Below are positions 7,022 through 14,684 of a stretch of DNA of 64,000 nt, piece after piece (position 1 is the first letter of the stretch; each line of letters begins with the position of its first letter). Made by a program: the position numbers and the translations under genes. The notes under the pieces are model-generated. The model was not told the DNA's origin, searched no databases, and worked only from the letters and a program-made list of their open reading frames with translations. Origin of the DNA: an uncultured Prochlorococcus sp. (GTDB lineage Bacteria > Cyanobacteriota > Cyanobacteriia > PCC-6307 > Cyanobiaceae); NCBI GenBank assembly GCA_902571795.1, contig CACGDL010000001.1, positions 9,222 to 73,221 on the forward strand. The letters run 5' to 3'.

Positions 7022-7212
7022 GAAGTAAAACCTCCAATCAGTGGATCTAATTTAAAGGTGATGATTCACATTTCCTAGAGCAAAAATACTGATTATGAAT
7101 TTAGTGAAATATTTTAAAAAAGATTAATTTATAGTTTGTATTTTAGGTTTTATAACTCTTGATTCTTATTACATAACAAATACTAAATAACTTCTAAAAA
7201 AGTGGGTTAATT

Positions 7213-7358
7213 ATGAATTACGGAATTCTAATAAAAATAGAATTCAAAATGCATTTGGTGGTTTGTTTGAAACTTTATCAATTAAGAGAAAACTAACTGA
7301 TGCACAAATGGAATATATGCAATTCGGGATTTGTGATTATGCTCCAAGAAAAAGTTGA
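7213..7358 (+). pseudogene. Probable frameshifted small gene (MNYG / NSNKNRIQNAFGGLFETLSIKRKLTDAQMEYMQFGICDYAPRKS)
   Basis: Protein-like open frame 7191-7358 lacks an early ATG; ATG7213 joins it if one base is added near 7222-7225. Confidence 0.4.
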
Positions 7359-7410
7359 GGAGGTTGCCTTTTTTCATTATTAATTTGACTTCATTCTAAA
7401 CGAAGGGCAA

Positions 7411-7725
7411 TTAGCTCCTCCTCACCCAGTCAGGAGATCCACTAAACCAATCAGCAAGATCATCATTTTTGGGATCGAAATGATTTTCAGTTTCTAAACC
7501 ATCAAGGCCAAGATTCTGGATAAGTCCATTTATTCCATCTGATTTTTGCTTACCATATCTTCTTAAGCTATTAGCTTTCTTAAGCCATGTCCATATAGTT
7601 GAATTATGCTTTGCAAACTTTTCTACATAAATTCTTTCTTCCAATGCGACAGGTTCATCTAGTGAAATCCTCTTTACAATATCCTTAATTTTCAAACGAG
7701 TCTTGTTGGTTAGAAACATATTCAT
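7411..7725 (-). CDS. Conserved picocyanobacterial hypothetical protein
   Basis: ORF track; C-terminal DDLADWFSGSPDW motif. Confidence 0.8.
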   Translation of the reverse strand: MNMFLTNKTRLKIKDIVKRISLDEPVALEERIYVEKFAKHNSTIWTWLKKANSLRRYGKQKSDGINGLIQNLGLDGLETENHFDPKNDDLADWFSGSPDWVRRS

Positions 7726-8106
7726 AAAAGAAGTTAATGTTTTATAAAAGTTTTTTTTATGAATGTCTTGTCAATCTTTATTTCAAGAAAAAGTATTTTT
7801 TAGGAGCTTTTAAAGGACAAATATATTTATTTAACAACAGGTATATTCATTTGGTAAAAAAGACTACTTTATTTCATTTATATAACTTATACAAAAAGTA
7901 GTTCAATATAAGTTTCTCTACATAATTTAAGATTTAATTTATAAAAGAGAGTAAGAAAAAATTCACATTAACATTACTATTTTAAATAATGGGCTAGTTC
8001 CCTATAAAAGATTTATACAAAAACAGAAAAAAGTTAAATTAAGTACTGACAGATATTTAAAAAATAAATACTATAAGTCTACTTAACTTTATAGAAATTC
8101 AAATTC

Positions 8107-8532
8107 ATGATCAAGAATTTATTCATCGCATTTGTTTTTGCATTAATGCTTTTCAATCCAAGCATTTCTATAGCTGCAGAATCTCCTGTTGATGTACAAG
8201 AAATCTTCACCTCTTCAGAGAACATTGATGGAGATAATTTTAAGTATCCAAAAGGAAAAGCTGAAATGCGTTTGATTAGGGTAGAAGTTGAAAATGGAGC
8301 AACGATACCAATGCACTCTCATCCTGTACCTTTATTGGGTCATATTGAAAGTGGTGAATTAACACTTGCTGAAAAGACAGGTATTAGTAAAACTTTTAAA
8401 GAGGGGGATTCATTTGTTCTCTCAGCAAATACTCCTGCTCATACAATGGCTAATAGTGGTAATTCTTCAGCAGTTATGTGGGTTGCTGTAGCTTCAGCAG
8501 AAGGTGTCCCTACTTTGAATCCTGAAGAATAA
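8107..8532 (+). CDS. Exported cupin-domain protein
   Basis: Signal peptide; PMHSHP...GHIESGEL...H cupin motifs. Confidence 0.85.
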   Translation: MIKNLFIAFVFALMLFNPSISIAAESPVDVQEIFTSSENIDGDNFKYPKGKAEMRLIRVEVENGATIPMHSHPVPLLGHIESGELTLAEKTGISKTFKEGDSFVLSANTPAHTMANSGNSSAVMWVAVASAEGVPTLNPEE

Positions 8533-8542
8533 ATCAACCTGA

Positions 8543-8584
8543 TGACAGTCAATCTAAAATAAGGGGTATTAGCCCCTTTTTTTT
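8543..8584 (+). repeat. Promoter/hairpin module copy 3 (TGACAGTCAATCTAAAATAAGGGGTATTAGCCCCTTTTTTTT-ATG)
   Basis: Aligns with copies 1 and 2; AAGGGG/CCCCTT stem; ATG at 8585. Confidence 0.8.
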
Positions 8585-8968
8585 ATGTCAAATACTAAAG
8601 CCATAGAAGATTTAATTAATGGTTATGCAACCAGTGAAGATTCTTCCTTTCTAATACCAAACGTAACTGAGGATTTTTTGGCTGTAAGACCGAGTGGGAA
8701 TCCAATCTCTGCAAAGGGATTAGTAGGAATGTTTGATAGTAAAGATTTAGTCGCAGAGTCATCAGAACTCATCAAAACTCACAAAATTGAAATTTACAGT
8801 GAAATAGCTTACGCAGTTTTCACTTTAAATGAAATCTTCAGTTATAAAGGAATTCAAAATAAAGATCTTTCAACTTACACCTGCATTTTTAAAAATGTAA
8901 ATGGCACTTGGAAATATTCTTGGATGCAAAGATCACAAGGAACTACTGATATGACCACATGGGAATAA
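8585..8968 (+). CDS. DUF3804/SnoaL (NTF2-like) family protein
   Basis: RPSGNP and WMQRS motifs shared with 141..528. Confidence 0.85.
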   Translation: MSNTKAIEDLINGYATSEDSSFLIPNVTEDFLAVRPSGNPISAKGLVGMFDSKDLVAESSELIKTHKIEIYSEIAYAVFTLNEIFSYKGIQNKDLSTYTCIFKNVNGTWKYSWMQRSQGTTDMTTWE

Positions 8969-9352
8969 ATGAAACGCCTCCTAATCCCACTACTAACTGC
9001 TCTTGCTTTACCTACTGCTGTAATCGCTGATGATCATAGTTTCGAAAGCTGGAAAGAAAGTCACTTTGAAAATTATCCATTTGAATGCGTTCCAACTGGT
9101 TCAACTCCAGAATATACAAGATGTGCTTCAGAAGATCTACTTAAAAGTGATTGGGAGTTAAAAAAAGAATTAAATAATGACGAACTTTGGGAGCAATGGA
9201 GAAAAGTAAGGGGTAGGGTTTGTTATCACTATCAAAACAAATTCTTTGGGCAGGGAACAGTTAAACCTTTAATGACTATTAGTTGTGAGCAAAGATTAAA
9301 TAGCGAAATAAAAAGATACTGCATCACGGGAGAAGATAAACAATGCGGATAA
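8969..9352 (+). CDS. Secreted protein with MKRLL leader; LprI/DUF1311-like Cys pattern
   Basis: Signal peptide; C...TPEYTRCA...D..L...W...R...C...G.GT.....C pattern. Confidence 0.7.
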   Translation: MKRLLIPLLTALALPTAVIADDHSFESWKESHFENYPFECVPTGSTPEYTRCASEDLLKSDWELKKELNNDELWEQWRKVRGRVCYHYQNKFFGQGTVKPLMTISCEQRLNSEIKRYCITGEDKQCG

Positions 9353-9786
9353 TCAAGTCTCTAACTTTTTTATTTTTTATAGCTTTAATTTCTCCATCGT
9401 TTTCAGAGACCTTATATCTCGATTGTGTTTTGAATGATTTTGAGAGGATTACAAAGTCTTCAACGACGAAAAAAAATATTTATAAAAACAAAAATTATCA
9501 AAAAAATATTTTAGTTGCTTTAAATGAAATTAATAAAAGTGGAGCGGTTACATACGACGGAGATACCAGAAAATATGAAAATGCCTCTTTCCTTGCAGAT
9601 GAAATAAGAATTTGGAGAGAACTAACCGCTAGGAGCCATGGCAAAATTTTTACGCAATATTCTTTTGATAGAAATAATGGAACAGTTAATTTTTATAATT
9701 ATCACAAAGACTTTAAAACCTCTGAAATCGAGGAAACAAGAATTAGTGGTTATTGCAAAAAATCTAAGAAAAAGAATATGTTTTAA
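9343..9786 (+). CDS. Secreted hypothetical protein
   Basis: Signal peptide; Cys near both ends. Confidence 0.75.
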   Translation: MRIIKSLTFLFFIALISPSFSETLYLDCVLNDFERITKSSTTKKNIYKNKNYQKNILVALNEINKSGAVTYDGDTRKYENASFLADEIRIWRELTARSHGKIFTQYSFDRNNGTVNFYNYHKDFKTSEIEETRISGYCKKSKKKNMF

Positions 9787-10152
9787 ATGAAACGCTTACT
9801 AATTGCTCCGTTATTTCTATCCTTACTTGTTGGTTTTAGTCCCGAGAATAATAAAATTGTCAAAGGTGAGTGGATTTCACACGAGAAAATAACTGGCAAG
9901 CAGTACAATATCGGTGTTCTACTCTTTTATAGATTTTTAGGATGTATAGATGATGTTTGCCAATACGAATATAAATTCAAAGGCGAATGGGTGAATGGAG
10001 AAGAAAAAATAAAAATAGTAAACGTTTACTGCGACACATTAGAGGTACAACAAATAGGTACTAGGGAAGTTAATGTAATTCTTCCAAAAGTACCCCTAAA
10101 ATTTAATTCTGATAAGTCTAAATTTGCATTAATGATATGTGAGCAAAGTTAG
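9787..10152 (+). CDS. Secreted hypothetical protein with MKRLL leader
   Basis: Signal peptide start nearly identical to that of 8969. Confidence 0.75.
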   Translation: MKRLLIAPLFLSLLVGFSPENNKIVKGEWISHEKITGKQYNIGVLLFYRFLGCIDDVCQYEYKFKGEWVNGEEKIKIVNVYCDTLEVQQIGTREVNVILPKVPLKFNSDKSKFALMICEQS

Positions 10153-10166
10153 GTTAGGAAGATTAA

Positions 10167-10316
10167 ATGAAATTCCAACTACTCCCACCACTTTTCAAAC
10201 TATTCAACACAAGCACTTTCATTTCATCGCTAAATCAAAATTCCTGCCCTGTTTTAGATGCCGAGGAGATAAAAAAGCAAGAACAAAAAGAAGCTATTGA
10301 AAGGTTGTACTCGTAA
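10167..10316 (+). CDS. 49-aa ORF MKFQLLPPLFKLFNTSTFISSLNQNSCPVLDAEEIKKQEQKEAIERLYS
   Basis: Hand-translated; starts at a TAAATGAAA junction with a degenerate leader. Confidence 0.45.
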   Translation: MKFQLLPPLFKLFNTSTFISSLNQNSCPVLDAEEIKKQEQKEAIERLYS

Positions 10317-10429
10317 ACTTTCAACAGAAATTTATCAGGTCATATATACGATGTAGCACGGTCGTATGTACCCCCATGCCACCCCTCGAAAACTACTCAT
10401 AGATAACTAACAATTAAAACTAAAAACAA

Positions 10430-10750
10430 ATGGACAGAACACAAGAGATAAAAGAAGCTCATCCTTGGCTCAGCTACGACGAAGTAGTGAAGGTAATTCT
10501 CTATCATCATCAGGGTTCAATGTGGATACAGAACCTTGAAAGAGACAAGCTTCAGAGGTCTATGGAAGCGTTCACAAAGCTCGTTAAATCCAAGAGTAGG
10601 AAAGCCCTTGAACCCTTCGTAGAATACGTTCTAGGCGTCTACTACAACGGTGTAGATGAGTATGGAAATCAGATAGAAGAATCGAGTAGAGAAGAGTCTT
10701 TCGAGCGGAGATGGAATAGGGCAAGAGCTATCCTTTTAAAGAGCAAATAA
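10430..10750 (+). CDS. Hypothetical alpha-helical protein (106 aa)
   Basis: ORF track; codons visibly more GC-rich than the neighbours. Confidence 0.75.
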   Translation: MDRTQEIKEAHPWLSYDEVVKVILYHHQGSMWIQNLERDKLQRSMEAFTKLVKSKSRKALEPFVEYVLGVYYNGVDEYGNQIEESSREESFERRWNRARAILLKSK

Positions 10751-10755
10751 ACTTG

Positions 10756-10803
10756 TTGACTCTTACCCTTTTCAGTTGCTATAAATATTAGTACACTTGT
10801 ACT
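10756..10803 (+). promoter_or_regulatory. Sigma70-type promoter (TTGACT...TATAAA) followed by LexA box AGTACACTTGTACT (10790-10803)
   Basis: TAGTACA-N2-TGTACTA palindrome matching the cyanobacterial SOS box, just downstream of the -10. Confidence 0.8.
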
Positions 10804-10811
10804 ATATAGCT

Positions 10812-11039
10812 ATGGAGGACTGGCAGGAATGGGATTATCTAGAGGACGAAATATTAGTAAGAAAACGACGGAAGATATGTATTACCTGCAATCACTTCAG
10901 GTACAGCACGACAAGTTCTTGTGTCACCATCCTTACTTGTCCCTTTCATCAAAAGCTTATTCCTCAAGGTGATCATCTAATTAAGGGGTGTAGATACTGG
11001 AGAGAAAACAGCAGAATATTTGCTCCAGAAGCAGCTTGA
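10812..11039 (+). CDS. 75-aa Cys-rich (CxxCxHF...C...C) protein, probably SOS-regulated
   Basis: ORF track 10797..11039; ATG10812 preferred because the TTG start lies inside the LexA box. Confidence 0.8.
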   Translation: MEDWQEWDYLEDEILVRKRRKICITCNHFRYSTTSSCVTILTCPFHQKLIPQGDHLIKGCRYWRENSRIFAPEAA

Positions 11040-11105
11040 GCTTCAGGCTCCTAGTTCTATAGAGAGAGCATTCAACCTATTCTATGACTGGGTTTTACAT
11101 GCCTA

Positions 11106-11345
11106 GCTGGTATAGATTTGACAATCTGCTGGTATAGAAGACTCTCTCATTCCCTGAAAAGGATTGTAAATACTAAGTTTATTGATTTCAAAAAAAGTTT
11201 ACTTCAAGCGATCTGTTTCTATATTTTTCTAAACTTTCTTAGACCAAATATCTTCGATAAACTAAATAAAATGCTTTGGATTTGGCTGACTTCTGAAAAA
11301 GTTAACAAAATGCCATACCAGCACCATACCAGCACCATACCAGCA
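11106..11345. repeat. Inverted arrays of an 11-bp repeat: GCTGGTATAGA x2 (11106, 11128) and CCATACCAGCA x3 (11313-11345)
   Basis: Read directly; shared core GCTGGTAT/ATACCAGC. Confidence 0.9.
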
Positions 11346-11371
11346 GCACTATTTCTCGCAAATTATAGACT

Positions 11372-11830
11372 ATGACTGAACCTAACTACTGGCTAATGAA
11401 AAGTGAGCCTGATGCTTACAGCATAGATACTTTAAAAAATGACGGTATAACTTTATGGGACGGAATAAGAAATTATCAGGCTCGAAATTTTATGAGAAAA
11501 ATGAATAAAGGAGATAGAGTTTTTTTCTATCATTCGAATTGTAAACCCCCAGGTATTGTGGGACTTATGGAGGTAATAGATCTGAATATTGTTGATCCTA
11601 CTCAATTTAATCAAGATTCAAAATATTTTGATCCAAAATCGAAACCTAATAATCCTAGATGGGATTGTGTAAAAGTAAAATACATTTCAAAATCTAATAA
11701 GATTTTAAGTTTATCTGAATTAAAGATTTTATTTAATGAGGATGAGTTATTAGTAGTAAAAAAAGGAAATAGGCTATCTATACTTCCTGTCAGAAATGAT
11801 ATCGCAAAAATACTACTAGAAAAAATATAA
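11372..11830 (+). CDS. EVE domain protein
   Basis: YWLMKSEP...WDGIRNYQARN motif. Confidence 0.95.
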   Translation: MTEPNYWLMKSEPDAYSIDTLKNDGITLWDGIRNYQARNFMRKMNKGDRVFFYHSNCKPPGIVGLMEVIDLNIVDPTQFNQDSKYFDPKSKPNNPRWDCVKVKYISKSNKILSLSELKILFNEDELLVVKKGNRLSILPVRNDIAKILLEKI

Positions 11831-11837
11831 AAAATTT

Positions 11838-12089
11838 TTAATCCTCAAAATTCATTGAAAACATATTGCCAATATAGAGTCTCGTTAAATCCCTATTTTG
11901 AAATCCTTTTTGCATCAAGAATCCTGCAATAGCAGCTTGTAGTATCCTGTATTGATCCCAGTTAGGATGCTCCTCAACGAATTCTTTCATAGCCTTTTGA
12001 AGATTTTCTTGAAGTTCACATTTGAAACTTATTACTTCATCTTTCTGATTTAAAACTTTTGAATTCTCGTCATAATTTAGCTTTTGCAT
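11838..12089 (-). CDS. DUF2811 family protein
   Basis: HPNWDQYRILQAAIAGFL motif; start trimmed to ATG12089. Confidence 0.8.
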   Translation of the reverse strand: MQKLNYDENSKVLNQKDEVISFKCELQENLQKAMKEFVEEHPNWDQYRILQAAIAGFLMQKGFQNRDLTRLYIGNMFSMNFED

Positions 12090-12282
12090 CTTGAAAATCT
12101 GTTGAAATTTAAATCTACAAATTGTAGTTTTCTTCAAAATCACTAATTCGTCAACAAGCATTATGAGAATCAGTCTCAGATCATAGAATGATGAGAATCC
12201 AGTCATAAAAGCGGGGGTCATCTAAATTCATTTTGTAAAATTAAATCTAACTTAAATATAAAGATTTAAATAAAACCAGAAG

Positions 12283-12346
12283 TTTTCCACATGCTTTAGT
12301 TCAAAAGATATTTTATGGAAAAATATTGTGGAAAAGTTGTGAAAAA
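12283..12346. promoter_or_regulatory. Cluster of cyanobacterial-type DnaA boxes (TTTTCCACA)
   Basis: Perfect copies at 12283-12291(+) and 12327-12335(-); one-mismatch copies at 12314-12322(-) and 12338-12346(-). Confidence 0.55.
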
Positions 12347-12398
12347 TTTTTTTTTGGAGGGGGAAATATTTTCTAAAATTTTCGATTTTATTTATCTT

Positions 12399-12770
12399 TT
12401 AATTCATTGATTCCCACATATATTTTATTTCATAAAATAAATCTTGTGCAATTGGTATCGGCCAATACATTTCGAAGGATCTAGTTTGGTCTTGACTTTC
12501 AAAAACAAACCTTAAACTCCATTCATTTTTTTTCCCTTCCAACTGAACATACCAAGGTAACTGTTCTAATTCCAAAGTAATAGTTTCCTCATCCATTAGT
12601 TGATCCTTGATAACTAATAGTTGTTCATTAATTTTTAAGAGTAGAAGGTAAAGAGAATAGAATTCACTTTTTTGTAACTCAATTGACCAATTATCAACAC
12701 CAATCAAAAAGCAAAATTTGCCTTTTTTAAAATCTCTTAGTAATTTCCATCCTTTTCGGTCTTCAACCAA
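12399..12770 (-). CDS. DUF1818 family protein
   Basis: GW.L..D...F..LIG...W..EL pattern; lies downstream of rpoZ. Confidence 0.8.
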   Translation of the reverse strand: MVEDRKGWKLLRDFKKGKFCFLIGVDNWSIELQKSEFYSLYLLLLKINEQLLVIKDQLMDEETITLELEQLPWYVQLEGKKNEWSLRFVFESQDQTRSFEMYWPIPIAQDLFYEIKYMWESMN

Positions 12771-12772
12771 AA

Positions 12773-13009
12773 TTAGCCGGGGAGTAAATCTGGTTGATCT
12801 TGTTCATCGCTTAGTTCAATAATTGACCTTTGAACAGGTTTAATAGTTGACTCCTCTAATAAACCATCAAAATCATCAAAACGTCTTTGTTTAGCTCTGA
12901 AAGCAATTTTCACTGTAGTTAAATATCTATTCGTTGATTTTCTTATCAAGCTCTCACCTCTTTTTGCAAGATCATTAGAATCTATTCCTGCATTGTTTGA
13001 TATGTTCAT
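12773..13009 (-). CDS. rpoZ: RNA polymerase omega subunit
   Basis: [17 protein letters not shown]...[10 protein letters not shown]. Confidence 0.92.
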   Translation of the reverse strand: MNISNNAGIDSNDLAKRGESLIRKSTNRYLTTVKIAFRAKQRRFDDFDGLLEESTIKPVQRSIIELSDEQDQPDLLPG

Positions 13010-13107
13010 TAAAAAATTTTTTTTACTATAAAATGTATCTTACAGTTAATTTGACCGTTTCAAAACATAAATTACAAAAAGAACTTAATTGATTCAAATA
13101 ATTTCTT

Positions 13108-14676
13108 ATGGAAGAAAGCTTATCTGGGACACTTGCTATTGATTTGGGGAACACGAATACTGTAATAGCTTTTCAAGATCAAAAAGATATAAATTCTATT
13201 TTAGTTGAAATACCGAGTATTACATCATCTCCAGGGGTTATTCCTACAGCAGTTTGGTTCGAGGAACCTTCAAAGATTCCTAAAATTGGTATTAGTGCTC
13301 TAAAGATGAGGCACAACTTAAATTCTGATTTGTTTTTTCATTCGAACTTTAAAAGATTAATTGGAAATTCTTTTGAAAAAATTAACCAAAAAAATATTTT
13401 AAACCCTAATGAATGTGGCAAAAAATTTTTTCAAATTTTATGGGCAAACATGCCTCACAAATATGAGATCAAAAGACTTGTTTTAACCGCCCCAATAGAT
13501 ACATATAGGGGTTACAGAGAATGGTTAGTTAACCTTTGCGAGGAAATATCTGTAGAGGAAGTAGCCCTCGTTGATGAGCCTACTGCGGCAAGTTTAGGCA
13601 TAAATGTACCATTTGGCTCAAAAATTATGACATTAGATATTGGAGGAAGTACAGTTGATATGAATATTGTAAAAATAGAGGGAGGAGAAGGAAAATCTGG
13701 TCCAATAGCTGAACTATTAAAGTTTAAAGGAAATGATGTAAGCTCAATTTCAAAACAAAAGATAAGGTGTGCCGAAATAATTGGGAAAACTGGCTCAAAA
13801 ATTGGTGGAAAAGATATCGATCAATGGATAGTTGATTATTTTATTCCAGGTAATAATTATGTTACAAATCTTTTAAAGGCAGAAGAAATAAAATGTAAAC
13901 TCAGTTCTTCTGCAATCAAATATGATAATAAATATCCATTAAAATTATTTAATGAACAAAATCAAGAAAAAGATTTTTACCTAAGTCAAGAAATATTTGA
14001 AAAAATACTTATTGAAAATAATCTGCTGAATCACCTTAACTCTTTACTCAAAGATTTATTAAATCAAGCAAGAGGCAAATTTTGCACAGTTGACGACTTA
14101 AATGCAATTGTTTTAGTTGGTGGAGGAACTCAAATACCATTAATTAAAGAATGGATAACAAAAAAAATTTCAAAAATTCAAATAAAGTCGCCACCCCCTA
14201 TAGAATCAATAGCCTTGGGAGCTTTAGCAATGACCCCGGGAGTAAAAATTAAAGACATATTGAATAAAGGATTATCCATTAGATTATTTAATAAAAGAGA
14301 ACATAAACACTTTTGGCATCCTATTTTTTGCAAAGGTCAGACATGGCCTACTGAAAACCCATTTAAACTGATCCTTCAAGCCAGCAAAAATAATCAGAAA
14401 ACATTCGAAATTATAATTGGAGAAACGCAAAAGGAAAGAGCATATGATGTTATTTTTGAAAATGGATTACCAAAGTTATCAGAGGTGCAAAATGAAGAAG
14501 AAATTATAAAATGGGGCAAAAAACCACTAAAAATAGTATTAAAAGATAATTCTAATATTGGAGAAGACAAATTAAAACTTTTTTTTAAAATCACGAAAAG
14601 TGCTGATCTATTAGTTAAGTGTTTTGATATTAAAGATGAATTTTTAGGAGAATATAATTTAGGAAATATATTTTAA
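13108..14676 (+). CDS. Hsp70/DnaK-like protein (divergent)
   Basis: AIDLGNTNT, DEPTAA, LDIGGST, LVGGGTQIP motifs. Confidence 0.9.
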   Translation: MEESLSGTLAIDLGNTNTVIAFQDQKDINSILVEIPSITSSPGVIPTAVWFEEPSKIPKIGISALKMRHNLNSDLFFHSNFKRLIGNSFEKINQKNILNPNECGKKFFQILWANMPHKYEIKRLVLTAPIDTYRGYREWLVNLCEEISVEEVALVDEPTAASLGINVPFGSKIMTLDIGGSTVDMNIVKIEGGEGKSGPIAELLKFKGNDVSSISKQKIRCAEIIGKTGSKIGGKDIDQWIVDYFIPGNNYVTNLLKAEEIKCKLSSSAIKYDNKYPLKLFNEQNQEKDFYLSQEIFEKILIENNLLNHLNSLLKDLLNQARGKFCTVDDLNAIVLVGGGTQIPLIKEWITKKISKIQIKSPPPIESIALGALAMTPGVKIKDILNKGLSIRLFNKREHKHFWHPIFCKGQTWPTENPFKLILQASKNNQKTFEIIIGETQKERAYDVIFENGLPKLSEVQNEEEIIKWGKKPLKIVLKDNSNIGEDKLKLFFKITKSADLLVKCFDIKDEFLGEYNLGNIF

Positions 14677-14684
14677 AAGCAAAG

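Larger units (their letters stand above)
1..11350. mobile_element. Right end of a hypervariable genomic island (extends beyond the window start)
   Basis: Low coding density, many micro-ORFs, paralog pairs, frameshifted genes and repeated promoter modules; abrupt switch to conserved core genes at the EVE gene (11372). No integrase or tRNA seen. Confidence 0.8.

Noticed and set aside
11313-11345. Possible CRISPR array
   Set aside because: 11-bp tandem units with no spacers and no cas genes.
1-11350. tRNA target, integrase or transposase for the island
   Set aside because: No cloverleaf and no recombinase motifs found by eye or in the ORF track.
11118-11375. 85-aa ORF in the track
   Set aside because: TTG start with no RBS; it runs through the repeat arrays and is better explained as non-coding att-like DNA.
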